Part shown: positions 51,701 to 60,367 of the stretch, piece by piece | Position numbering within the stretch: the first letter of the stretch is position 1 | Layout: every line of letters begins with the position of its first letter | From: Candidatus Poribacteria bacterium | GTDB lineage: Bacteria > Poribacteria > WGA-4E > PCPOR2b | DNA: 64,000 bases | Reading direction: 5' to 3' | NCBI GenBank assembly: GCA_965208325.1 | Contig: OZ242326.1 | Coordinates: 736,001-800,000 of the forward strand | Notes under the pieces: model-generated | What the model was told of the DNA's origin: nothing | The model's database searches: none | Seen by the model: the letters and a program-made list of their open reading frames with translations, nothing else | Translations under genes and position numbers: made by a program

Positions 51701-53638
51701 GGGACAACGGTCATTGACAGTACTGTTAATGGCGATTTTCAACACTACGATGTCGGAGACGGTGTAATCCGTTTCTACTATGGGCCCCGCGCTGCCTTTA
51801 GGCACTACAGCTATCAGCTAGTCAGCTATGCGCCAGGCGAATACCGCGTCGCCCCAACTGTAATGCGCGACATTCAAAGCCCCGATAATATGCGGCTGGG
51901 ACCAGCGGCTTCGCTAACCGTGCTAGGACCAGGCGAAAAATCCAAAGACACCTATGAGATGAATAACGCAGAAAACTTTGCACTAGGGAAAGCCTATTTC
52001 GACGACGGGAAGTATGGCGATGCGCGCCCATTGCTCGAAACACTATACAAAGACAGTCCAAAATTCGACGCAAAAGAGACCGCGAGGATGCTTTTGTGGA
52101 TTTACACGACAGACGAACACTACGGTGCGAGGCATGTCGTCCAAGCTTTTGAGGGTTCTCGCTACCACTATCCAGATCTCGAAATTCCTTTTGACAGGAT
52201 TCAGGTAGTCAGCTCGGCATACCGTGATATTGGAGAATTTGAACGCGCAACCATGGTTCATCGCTCCGCAATCGATTCCAGCTTTGCTCGGGACGCGAAT
52301 GTTAGCGCGGCTCTTCAGGACCAAGGTGAATTCTTGCGTTCGATCGAATTCATTGAAGATTTGTGGCGTGAATACCCTGATACTCCTACGACCATTCCCG
52401 CCTACTTCGCAATCGCACAGTCTCTCTATGCGAGTAAAGATGCCGCGGATGGTAGAGCAAAACCAGCGCCCAAAATTCAAACCCTTAATCGAACGGTGGA
52501 GATTCTGTCTCAATTCTTGACGCTGTACCCGACGAATCCGCTAGCCGACGACGCCGCGTTTTCGCTCGCGAACGCATATATGGACCTGGAGGATTTTCAG
52601 AATGTAGTGCAACTTTGCCGCTTGAATCAGGCGTACCGCCCGGACAGCGTGCTGTTGAGCAGTTTTCAATATATGGAAGCGCTCGCGCTCTTTGCACTGA
52701 ACCAATATGACAAAGCCATTAAAGCAGCGACGCTTGTGGCATCAAGTGAAAGCGAAGACCGTGATTTTGCGCGGTACATCGTCGGGCAAATTTACCATGC
52801 GCAGGGCAAACCGGCACAAGCGATTGACTGGTACAGCCGTGTCAGGCAAATCTACCCCGATGCGGATGAATCCATCGCTCATTTTGAAGCGCAGCAGATT
52901 ACCATCCCCGAAGTCACAATTAAGCGCCCGAATACTGATGTGATTGTAGCGATGAATCATCGAAACATCAAGTCGGCAGAAATTCAGGTGTACCGTATTG
53001 ATCTGATGAATCTCTATCTGCGCGAGAAAAATCTCAGCCGTGTAACTCAAGTACATTTAGCGGGCATAGAACCGGAGGTCAGCCAAACCGTTGAGTTGAG
53101 TGACGAGAAAAATTACAAAGAGGCAACCCGCGACATCTCTCTACCAATTGCAGAAGATGGGGCATACCTCGTCATCTGCCGCGGCGGCAATCTGTCCGCG
53201 AGCGGTTTGATTTTGATTACGCCGTTGGAGATTGAGGTACAGGAGGGCGCCGTGAGCGGCCGTGTACGCGTCGTTGTGCGGGACGCGCTTTCAGGCAAAT
53301 ATCAATCGAGCGTCCATGTCAAAGCGGTAGGTTCTGCAGGCGGGCGATTTATCTCAGGCGAAACAGATTTCCGCGGCATTTTCATCGCCGACGGTATACA
53401 CGGCACGACTACTGTCATCGCCCGCCAAGGCACGAACCGTTATGCGTTCCATCGCGGCAATTTGTGGCTTGGTTCCCCACCCTCCGATTCAGAATCGCCC
53501 CCAATCCCAAGGGCAGCAACAGACTATCGTCAGCATCTCAAACATAAAAATCAAGCAATCCAAACGTCAAACATTGAGAGGTTTGACCGTCTGCGACGAG
53601 CACCCAGCAACGGAGTCCAGCTCCAGCACACTTATTAA
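45779..53638 (+). CDS. Giant TPR plus alpha-2-macroglobulin family protein (2619 aa)
   Basis: N- and C-terminal TPRs, MG2 motif YTDRPAYRP, LALVDEAL, TD..G.A....MP...T.WR, QNEDGGWS. Confidence 0.88.
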   Translation: MKKFVLIALATLILSQVNTTRSTTDHASHEPIQSALQSKRFNDAVHLIDTALTASENQPDYLLYLKGLALFHNGDYRNAIGTCGQVIQDYPDSTWLRKAAFLQAKSHLKLKEFKQAEAIYSKEVSRLLSSRRKSEIAQIYIQLAETFAQKPNDADLDAPQPNYQKAYELYQKVLTLEIDANLRETAAFQLGRMMQLQENYAQAVVDYEAYLTQFDPSFQRPPALPMPSKKSKTLDGRRYHARYHLAECQIALNQHLQARLTLEDMLKLADVGSKALLPLAKDARFLLTRTYRFPAPNSNEELELGVQSARRFQEQFPRDLRSMTLAHEIAEAYRARHRSEEALAAYQDVIDKKSFKVTQKKWQISNLNNQDYHYLRTSAAFQIGNILFEQRKYNHAIEAWNRYIREFPNGPQWTDAQQGIVNAEFQIGVTLLAAEKHEEAVNAFDAFQAKHPLDERVRQIMFIYGQIHAHKSEHQLAIAEWEKLVRKFPNTEESSLALFRIGQTYEIKLGDLENALESYRRLTWGSWHPHAQEVIRQMTEKSLQLVTPRTFRTNEPPYVHVSLRNIESLTVNLYKLNLEAYWRKMHEVKGVEDLDLGLIEPNKTWQYNVPEYEKHKSFECEINIPFAGPGVYAVQLGDESLESTTLLIRSDIETITKTSRREVLVFVQNMLNGEVVADAKVLVSDGSSVIFEGRTGADGVLHATERGILDYASVENQLKDASRVAAFVVKGGHAAADGLDISGLGFSKGLTPRGYIYTDRPAYRPRESVSLRGIIRDVSDGAYVVPDGAPFNVSVIDARGRQIHKEEVTLSQFGGFDTQLQLDNAASVGEYRIRVAQFDPDTKLDIPSHIFTGNFQVQRFQLEKVQLLLDFPRSVYFRGEQVDATFTARYYYGQPVKNAKIQYKLPDGRSYTETADNRGILKVNFDTASMQPGKPLHFSGTVLGENVSVKTSVTLAHLGYSISVQPDAKLVLSGEPFHVTVHTKGADGRPVGKKLTVKVVKKQSSSPISPVMSQVPWINREGVFRSAEIIIQEHSLQTDSLTGAGTIQLALNTGGVFEVRASGTDRFGQTVVGSRSVTISDDGDKTKLRIFAQGTKTQVGASETLRLHSRLKPVHTLITYEGEVIIGYEVRVLKPGNNRLQFTIGHQHFPDFYIGVAAIEDRSLHTARKRFTVERQLNLSVTWTDTDPIHGSNQTLPGYMPGAAAKIQVRATDQLGQPVRAEFSLALVDEALFAIYKDGVMNINDFFQKGLRRRAAMRTASSCTFQYMPTTRPVVQEALAEARRLLIEAEALSLEDIDSGKTAERVFSRKRRVRPSVLKRAMRERRPNVPSYDEPKVREESTYAGFWIGIVITDDAGLAIVTIPMPEKTTKWRLTARGSTVDTLVGQVSVNAVTRKDLFLNVRTPAFVTEGDELRLGVRLHNMTDYRGEADVQITMSVDESQPVYRDHKRTTITAQDAAEIIFDRFTIPSGKLHTSSQPSQITIEAMATAGSLSDGIQRTIPVRPWGLEYTDTQSGTAASNKTVYVQLPSDLRYTRKGLSVNIGPSVSRLIYDLALDHYPRPYQIGSVRRPLIIPSDAGSDLLAVASAIDYQKQVDGNPTDNRRLLTRAMTLVNRLVTTQNEDGGWSLVRGAAGSNGRVSARNLWALTTTRGSGVAVNDQTIANAVHFLKTAFAQTDKNGEDTQASTLHALSTLGDVDFAHANRLYRRRNQLSNVSLAYAALVFVNLNRLEIAGEILDILERRGLLPDEKRNSKASTSYAASGQVETVALALLSMQAVRPSSAWVKDAVDYLIDQRRYYGYSPYAAKGAVVAALATYYQAAQYAADDYRLILLVNGEPLETIAIQKDSINRLIHVPAAQILDGQNRVEMQIEGQGTYTYLVTISGFSQDVPNWVGAEPEMGGSLKNTRINRRYLHPPLEYRGKPIGVQSTSGITQLEAGAKMQVSVNIVHGIGALTPDHRSKGAYVVVDEFFPAGTTVIDSTVNGDFQHYDVGDGVIRFYYGPRAAFRHYSYQLVSYAPGEYRVAPTVMRDIQSPDNMRLGPAASLTVLGPGEKSKDTYEMNNAENFALGKAYFDDGKYGDARPLLETLYKDSPKFDAKETARMLLWIYTTDEHYGARHVVQAFEGSRYHYPDLEIPFDRIQVVSSAYRDIGEFERATMVHRSAIDSSFARDANVSAALQDQGEFLRSIEFIEDLWREYPDTPTTIPAYFAIAQSLYASKDAADGRAKPAPKIQTLNRTVEILSQFLTLYPTNPLADDAAFSLANAYMDLEDFQNVVQLCRLNQAYRPDSVLLSSFQYMEALALFALNQYDKAIKAATLVASSESEDRDFARYIVGQIYHAQGKPAQAIDWYSRVRQIYPDADESIAHFEAQQITIPEVTIKRPNTDVIVAMNHRNIKSAEIQVYRIDLMNLYLREKNLSRVTQVHLAGIEPEVSQTVELSDEKNYKEATRDISLPIAEDGAYLVICRGGNLSASGLILITPLEIEVQEGAVSGRVRVVVRDALSGKYQSSVHVKAVGSAGGRFISGETDFRGIFIADGIHGTTTVIARQGTNRYAFHRGNLWLGSPPSDSESPPIPRAATDYRQHLKHKNQAIQTSNIERFDRLRRAPSNGVQLQHTY

Positions 53639-53854
53639 GCGCGGCCATGTGGTATACCCCAACCGTCCCGCTTAGGTTACCACCACCACCCCGTTATTTA
53701 CCCTACGCTCCCTTACGAATTCTAAACCAATTTGGTGTTCTTCATGCAAAAAAAATCGTCCTGTTGGGAACATCCGTTGAGAATTCGCGTCTTAATAATC
53801 AAATGTGTATTTCCAGAAAACCGGCAATCTAACGCTTAACACCGGGAGATTTCA

Positions 53855-56707
53855 GTGGCGCAAAGTGATGCCGAACTTATAAGGCGTACGTTGGACGGCG
53901 ATGATAACGCATTCGGCTTTTTGGTGGACAAATACAAGGGCGCCGTGCACGCCCTCGCTTACCGAAAAATCGGTGACTTTCACATTGCTGAAGACATTAC
54001 GCAAGACACTTTCCTCAAGGCATACCAGAAACTTTCTACGCTGAAGCGTCACGAAAACTTTTCGGGATGGTTATATGTGATTGCGGCGCGGTGCTGCATC
54101 TCCTGGCTTCGAGAAAATCAGCACCCAATGCAATCTCTTGAGCAGGTAGGTGCGGCACAGGTCGAAGCATCCGCAGAACGGGAGTATTCGGCCGATCGGG
54201 TGCGTAAGCAACTGCAGGAAGCGCTGGAAAACCTACCTGAAAGCGACCGAACCGTTCTGACGCTGCACTACCTTGGCGGGATGACCTACGAAGAGGTAAG
54301 CCGTTTCATCGGTGCTTCAACCGGCGCCGTCAAGAACCGTCTCTATCGGGCACGACACCATCTGAAGGAGGAGCTAATTAAAATGATACATCAGACTTGG
54401 GGGACTCTCCAACTTCCACCAACTTTCACGCAGCAGTTGGTTGAAAAAATCTACCGTCTCAATCCAGCTCCAGCACCGGTCAGCAAACCGCAGGCGCCAT
54501 GGATCACTGCGGTAACGCTTGGCGTGGCGGCACTTTTTGTTGTGGCTGGCAAGTTATTCACATCTGAATTCCAGCAGCCCTATTCGCTCAATCCATCTAC
54601 ATCAGTAAAATTAATCGAATTGACAGAGGCACCAATAGTTGAGACACCTTTGCCGAAACCGTCATTTGCCAATCACTATGATGGAGATGGCAATCCTGTT
54701 ATGGCTTTCGCAGCCGGCGGCGGCGATACGAAACAGGTAGATAAACTGCGAGGTAGCATTTCTGGGCACGTCATTTACGCCGGTACTGGGAAACCTGCCG
54801 CTGACGTACCCATTCGTGCTGCAGGAATCCAGCCGGGTATCGGAGATGCGCACGCGCACACGGGTGCAGATGGAACGTATGTTTTGGAGAATGTTCCCGT
54901 TGGACCATACGTTGTCATGATCGGCGACACCTGGGAATGGCATGAAACCTTTGATTGGCGGGCGCCGGCTAATGAAGGCATCCATGTCGAACCAGACAGC
55001 ATCTCGACGGGTGTTGATTTTTCATTAACGCCGGGAGGATTCGTTGAAGGCAAGATAACCGACGGCGACACAGGCGAACCTGTCGCGGGCGTACAGATCC
55101 AGGTTTATGATGCCGCACACCCAAACAGTCAAGGCGTGGGGCATCGGCTTAACACCGACAACCAAGGGCGTTATCGTTTTCGTGTAACGCCCGGAAGAGT
55201 CCTTGTTGTAGCCAACACAACCAACAACGACGCACCGTATTACATACCATTCCCTGGCGGTGAATTTTACGGGGAAGTCGCAGAGAGTGAAACGCTTTCT
55301 GATATCGACTTTGAATGTCTACGTGGCTATAGCATACACGGCACGTTGGTTACAGCGGACGAGCAGCCGATCGCGGGCGCGTCCGTCCGGGCAAATATCA
55401 TTCCAATCAAGGGTTTAGTCGAATTGCCGAATCACGCTGCGACAGATGCACAAGGAAGATTCACATTGAAAGGAATACCAGTAAACGAAGAAACTGAACA
55501 GTTAGTAATCATTGCAGAACATGATAATCTCCGCGGCAGAGCGAGCTGGTCCAAGGAACAAGTTAGTGCCGTCGAAATTACGCTCGTACCCCGACCTACC
55601 GCTACCATTGTCGGTCAAGTAATTGACGTGCAAGGAAGTCCAATTTCCCATGCCGGAATTGGGTTGAGTTGGGAGGAGGGCTTCGCAGGCACAGCCACTA
55701 CTTCACCCAATTCACCAGTTGTAGTGACAAGCCCAGAGGGTAATTTCACTGTCGGTCCAACATTCTCGTTCGGTAAATCGTGGTTGGAAGTCGGTGGAAA
55801 ATATCAGATTCATGCCACGGCGGCGGAGTATGGAAGAACTTCTTCAGAATGGTTTACTCTGCAAGAAGGCGAACACACAATTCCGGCGCTTGTTTTGCAT
55901 AGAGCAGAACACTTCATTGCCGGGCAAGTTGCGGACTGGAAGGGTCAGCCTGTCAGTGGCGCAACCGTTTTCGCAGAAGGCAGTCGCACAGCAGTAAACG
56001 GCGTCTCTGACCACGAAGGGAGATTTAGTCTGAGTAATATTGCTGATAGTCGAATTAAAGTGTATGCATTTCATCAAGGTCCCGACTGTTCTGACACAGA
56101 TGCCGAATTTGATGCAAATCGGGAGGATGTGCGCGTTATATTGGCACCGAATAAACCCATGATTAGTGATGTTGCAGGCAATAGTATCCGATTCGACCCT
56201 TTTCCGTACCCACTTGAAGGTAAGCAGGCACCCGAACTGAAAATCTATAGCCGGCACAGTTGGTTGAACTCCGAACCCATTGCGCTGAGTTCACTGCGCG
56301 GCAAAATTGCTGTCTTAAATTTTTGGTCGACCTATGTCAACCAAGAAAGTTGCGACCCTTGGCTTCCAACGCTAAATCGCATCCATGAGAAATATAGCGA
56401 TAAGGGAGTAATTGTAATCGGTGTACATACGTCCGTGCATCAATTGGAGGGACACCCTGACATTCAAGAAATTGAGAAATCGGTTATCCAGTGGCGGATA
56501 AAATACCCGATTGCTATTGATTCGGCAGGAGCTAACGCTAATGTTGACGTGAATGACTGGCCGAGTCAATTCGGCGCAACGTTTAACGACTACCTCGTAC
56601 GGTCCCTTCCAACAATCCTATTCGTCGACAGGGCGGGCAAAGTCAGAACACTTTTTCTCATCGGAGGTACCCTCGACGAGAAAGTGAACGCGTTATTGAA
56701 CGAGTAA
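53855..56707 (+). CDS. ECF sigma factor fused via a TM helix to carboxypeptidase-regulatory-like repeats and a TlpA/redoxin-like domain
   Basis: AEDITQDTFLKAY..L, FSGWLY.IA, region 4 VKNRLYRAR, TM WITAVTLGVAALFVV, repeated G.V.D..G.P..GA, and LRGKIAVLNFW...LPT..FVDRAGKVR. Confidence 0.88.
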   Translation: MAQSDAELIRRTLDGDDNAFGFLVDKYKGAVHALAYRKIGDFHIAEDITQDTFLKAYQKLSTLKRHENFSGWLYVIAARCCISWLRENQHPMQSLEQVGAAQVEASAEREYSADRVRKQLQEALENLPESDRTVLTLHYLGGMTYEEVSRFIGASTGAVKNRLYRARHHLKEELIKMIHQTWGTLQLPPTFTQQLVEKIYRLNPAPAPVSKPQAPWITAVTLGVAALFVVAGKLFTSEFQQPYSLNPSTSVKLIELTEAPIVETPLPKPSFANHYDGDGNPVMAFAAGGGDTKQVDKLRGSISGHVIYAGTGKPAADVPIRAAGIQPGIGDAHAHTGADGTYVLENVPVGPYVVMIGDTWEWHETFDWRAPANEGIHVEPDSISTGVDFSLTPGGFVEGKITDGDTGEPVAGVQIQVYDAAHPNSQGVGHRLNTDNQGRYRFRVTPGRVLVVANTTNNDAPYYIPFPGGEFYGEVAESETLSDIDFECLRGYSIHGTLVTADEQPIAGASVRANIIPIKGLVELPNHAATDAQGRFTLKGIPVNEETEQLVIIAEHDNLRGRASWSKEQVSAVEITLVPRPTATIVGQVIDVQGSPISHAGIGLSWEEGFAGTATTSPNSPVVVTSPEGNFTVGPTFSFGKSWLEVGGKYQIHATAAEYGRTSSEWFTLQEGEHTIPALVLHRAEHFIAGQVADWKGQPVSGATVFAEGSRTAVNGVSDHEGRFSLSNIADSRIKVYAFHQGPDCSDTDAEFDANREDVRVILAPNKPMISDVAGNSIRFDPFPYPLEGKQAPELKIYSRHSWLNSEPIALSSLRGKIAVLNFWSTYVNQESCDPWLPTLNRIHEKYSDKGVIVIGVHTSVHQLEGHPDIQEIEKSVIQWRIKYPIAIDSAGANANVDVNDWPSQFGATFNDYLVRSLPTILFVDRAGKVRTLFLIGGTLDEKVNALLNE

Positions 56708-56746
56708 CCGAAATCTCCCAGTTGACTTTGCACCAGACTGTTTATT

Positions 56747-57057
56747 GTAGGTTGGGTGGAGTGCCACTATGTTCAGTCGAGCGTTCGGGTGAGACTGTAG
56801 GTTGGGTTGAGCGGTGTAAACGAACCAACGCATGTATGCCCGGTGCGTTACAAGTTCTGATTGCGTTCAAAATTTGACCTGATGAAGCGTAACCCAACGT
56901 TTTTTGTTAAATGCGAAGTGTATTGCTGACCAGTGGTTGCAGCATGTGAATAGCGTCGGGTTACGCTCCGCACGTTTCGCACGCCACGTCGTTCAATAAT
57001 CGGGATGAAACTCGACGGAGTATTGCGTTTGGAATTTCCCGCTTAACCCAACCTACA
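56747..57057. repeat. REP/REPIN-like nested inverted-repeat element
   Basis: TGTAGGTTGGGTTGAGCG(56796) pairs with CGCTTAACCCAACCTACA(57040-57057); inner GCGTAACCCAAC / GTCGGGTTACGC; extra left copy at 56747. Confidence 0.75.
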
Positions 57058-57082
57058 AGAGCTAGGGCTGGTGAGCGGGGGT

Positions 57083-57454
57083 TCATAACTGAATCCCAAG
57101 TCTTCGACACCGCTTGCGAATCTTTTTGATTGCGCCTCCGACCTGTTTCCCGTTTCGTGTAACGCCGAAAAGATGTTGACTCACAACTCGCCGCCGAATC
57201 CCAAGGATATTGCCAATCTCCTCCTGCGTCTTACCCTCATAAAAGTAGAGTTGGACACACCGCGCCTGTTGGGCGGTCAATTCGTTGCCGATAATCTGGC
57301 GAATCTGCTGTAAGACCTGCTGCTGTTTGGCGCGATATTCGTTTGTATGTGCATCGACGAATGGTTGATACCGAAGATAATCTTCTGTGCTGAACTGCTC
57401 AAAATACTCTGGTGGAACCGGAACTTCCCAAAAGTCCGGATTGAAATTTGGCAT
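57083..57454 (-). CDS. Small sigma-70 region 4 (HTH) protein
   Basis: LTAQQARCVQLYFYEGKTQEEIGNILGI.RR.VSQHL; AAGGAG RBS. Confidence 0.8.
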   Translation of the reverse strand: MPNFNPDFWEVPVPPEYFEQFSTEDYLRYQPFVDAHTNEYRAKQQQVLQQIRQIIGNELTAQQARCVQLYFYEGKTQEEIGNILGIRRRVVSQHLFGVTRNGKQVGGAIKKIRKRCRRLGIQL

Positions 57455-57850
57455 AGATCACTTCTCCTTTAGTAACCGCAAGTTACCCGCATTGCAGCAG
57501 GGTGCCTATGCCGTATTCAATACCAACTCAGAGATAAAATCCCTTAACGGTAAACTCGGAGGACAAGGCACCACCGCGTTAGATTAGTAAAGTCAGTGTG
57601 AATTACCGCCCCTTTCAAGGTGGTCATTCTGTTCCTCCTTTCCTACCCATAGTGTTTCAATTGGTTGAGTTACGCGAACAGCGTTCGATCGAGTGAATAA
57701 ATTAAGCGTACGAATATCGAGCGCGATAGTTCTTAATGGAACGACTACCCAGCTGCCTTCACATGCTGCTTGCAACCATGACTCATTTCAAATGCCAAAA
57801 CGCTTCGGCCTTCTCCGCCGGCCAACCTCGTCAAAATCGCGCCCTACTCG

Positions 57851-57892
57851 TTACCCATTACGCATTACTCTTTACGCATTACTCTTTACTCT
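57851..57892. repeat. Six tandem heptamers TTAC(CCA/GCA/TCT)
   Basis: TTACCCA TTACGCA TTACTCT TTACGCA TTACTCT TTACTCT. Confidence 0.8.
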
Positions 57893-58176
57893 GCATCTTC
57901 CGAGTTATTCGAGTCTTCCGGCGAGTTTGCACCAATCCACTGTGGCAGACGCGAGTGGTGAATGACCCAATAGAAAAACACTACTAACACGCCGCCTGCG
58001 AGTATCGCAAAAGACCAAATAATGGGCCAAACGAGAACCGGTTTTTCAGGCAGTCGCTTTGCGTCGCAAAACACCGCTACGGCAAAGCAAACATGCACAA
58101 TGATCGAAAGTACCGCAAAACAGATTCCGTACGCCTCAAGAAAATCTGTCCCCAAAATCTGAAATAGATACGCCAT
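57886..58176 (-). CDS. Small membrane protein with two TM helices
   Basis: GGAGGAGG RBS before ATG 58176; VFCDA..L and W..A.L.GG....FYW..HHS pattern. Confidence 0.65.
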   Translation of the reverse strand: MAYLFQILGTDFLEAYGICFAVLSIIVHVCFAVAVFCDAKRLPEKPVLVWPIIWSFAILAGGVLVVFFYWVIHHSRLPQWIGANSPEDSNNSEDAE

Positions 58177-58478
58177 CTCCGTTTTCCTCCTCCGGATGAA
58201 CACTACCCTCTTTTACACAAGTTCGGATGCACTTTTGAAGGCGTTGCGTGAAAATTAACGACACTCATGCGTTCCTAGTCAGCGAACCTTGATGCCCAAC
58301 TGAAACATTATAGTTGTGCGTTACTCTGAATTCAAGCAAAAACTCTCCGCACGCATACGAGCGGCTGCATAATATTGCTTTCATGTGATACAATAAATCC
58401 CCAATCGCACACCGTGTTCTGATACTGTGTAAAACCTCTCGGTTCCATTCGATTCAAAGCCATAGGAGATTAAGTGAC

Positions 58479-60155
58479 ATGTGTTCAAAAATGCCGCCGC
58501 CAAAATCCGGCACTGACAATCGCACACCGAAGGAAAAAATTGACGCCATCCACCGCCCGAAGTGGTGCATTGACACAGACGACGGCAGGCTTTACTGGGA
58601 CCTAATCTGTGCGGCAATTCGCAACGATGAAAAGACGCTCGCTGAACATCTGGAGAGAAACCCAGACTGCGCACGCCTTGAGTTCTGGTATACGCCGCCG
58701 ATTCATTTTGCAGTACGCGAGGGGAATTTGGAGGCAACGCGGCTGTTATGGAATACCTATGCCTACGAAGACGTGACCAAGCTCATCGCCATGGCGGACG
58801 ACCGCGGCCATGCCGTGGTAGCGGAGTTTTTGCGCGGTTCAATCCGACATGGATTTGCCGACGCGGATTTCCGCCTTCACAAGGTCGTTCAGACCCGAAA
58901 TTACAGCGCCGTGGGACGGCTGTTAAGAACTCATCCGGAAATCGCCGAACACCGCGATTCAGAAGGCAGAACCGCGCTCCACCTCGCGGTCATCTCCGGC
59001 AACCTGCGCGCTGCGCGTTCACTATTAGCCGCCGGGGTGGAGATTGACCCTGTCGATCACTTCGGCTTTCGACCGGTTCACTACACCTGCTGGAAAAACC
59101 AATACTGGGCATGCGTTAAAGGCGGCGCCGCCCTCCTAAATGCCCTGCTCGACACTGGCGCCGCCGACAGTGTTACGCTCGCGGCAGCCCGCGGAGACCT
59201 AAACTCTGTCCGTGCATTCGTCGAGGCGAATTCGGCGGCTGTAAATGACGGTGAGTCGCTCCAGAAACGGCCCCTATCTGCAGCGGTGGAGCGCGGCCAC
59301 CGCGAAATCGTGCGTTACCTGCTTGACCGCGGCGCCGATCCGACACTGTCGGAGAGCCGGCTCTGCCCGCACGGTTCCGCACTCATGACGGCATCGGTAA
59401 ACGATTATGTAGAGATTGCCCGATGGCTGTTGGACGCCGGCGCCAACCCCAACCACGGAATCGACTCGTCGGGAACGCCTGCGACTCGCGCATCGTCAGA
59501 TGAAATGCGTGGGCTAATGTACGAATACGGCGGGCGCCCCGAAGCCGCCTGGGGCGTCGCTCAACGCGGTGACCTTGAAACCTTAGCTGTGATTTTGAGT
59601 TACTGCGACGATCCTTTCAGCATTACGGAGAGTGAATTTCTTTCGACGCCTTACACCGCCATCGTGAGCGGCTGCGGACGCCGCCTCGATAGGGGAGAGT
59701 CTACTGCTGGCTGCGAAGCCATGCTGCGCATTTTCTTGCAACGCCAGTTTCCCATGCCCAAGGTGCTAACCGAGTGCAAGAGTTACCTGTACCATGCGCC
59801 GCACATGACGCGGCAGCTGCTGGAGAACGGACTCGACCCCAACTTGCACGACTGGCAGCGGCGCACGCCGCTGCACGACCTGTGCGCCGGATTGCGGCAC
59901 GTCGCGGATTCAGCGCAGTTGGTGCAGATGTTTATCCAACACGGCGCCGATGTCAACGCGATTGACGAAGAAGATTTGTCAACCCCGCTTGGCATCGCGG
60001 TGCGTGAAGGGAATGCGGCGCTCGTCAAACTGCTACTGGAGAACGGAGCAGACCCAAACGGCGCCGGCGCAAACTGGGCTAAACCGCTGGCATGGGCGCA
60101 GCGGCGGGGGCACGATATGATTGAGGCGACATTGCGTGAGTGCGGCGCTAACTAG
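58479..60155 (+). CDS. Ankyrin repeat protein
   Basis: Multiple GRTALHLA, TPLHD and TPLGIA...LLENGADPN repeats. Confidence 0.92.
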   Translation: MCSKMPPPKSGTDNRTPKEKIDAIHRPKWCIDTDDGRLYWDLICAAIRNDEKTLAEHLERNPDCARLEFWYTPPIHFAVREGNLEATRLLWNTYAYEDVTKLIAMADDRGHAVVAEFLRGSIRHGFADADFRLHKVVQTRNYSAVGRLLRTHPEIAEHRDSEGRTALHLAVISGNLRAARSLLAAGVEIDPVDHFGFRPVHYTCWKNQYWACVKGGAALLNALLDTGAADSVTLAAARGDLNSVRAFVEANSAAVNDGESLQKRPLSAAVERGHREIVRYLLDRGADPTLSESRLCPHGSALMTASVNDYVEIARWLLDAGANPNHGIDSSGTPATRASSDEMRGLMYEYGGRPEAAWGVAQRGDLETLAVILSYCDDPFSITESEFLSTPYTAIVSGCGRRLDRGESTAGCEAMLRIFLQRQFPMPKVLTECKSYLYHAPHMTRQLLENGLDPNLHDWQRRTPLHDLCAGLRHVADSAQLVQMFIQHGADVNAIDEEDLSTPLGIAVREGNAALVKLLLENGADPNGAGANWAKPLAWAQRRGHDMIEATLRECGAN

Positions 60156-60289
60156 ACCTCGCATCCTGCCTGCATAGGTTCTCCCGCGTAATGTGAGATG
60201 CGTGGTGGTCATTGTCTGAACTTTGAAATTTAGGATTCAAGGGTTTGCAGAACTAGCGGCACTTCTGGATTGAGAATCCTCAATCAAGC

Positions 60290-60353
60290 AAAAAAAATGC
60301 GGAGCCAACCCGGACGGACGGTATCTTACTTCCCGTTCGGGCTGAACTCCGCA
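60290..60353 (-). terminator. Intrinsic terminator of the 60368-61162 gene
   Basis: Minus strand TGCGGAG...CTCCGCA long stem followed by a T8 tract. Confidence 0.7.
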
Positions 60354-60367
60354 CCTAAATTTCCAAC

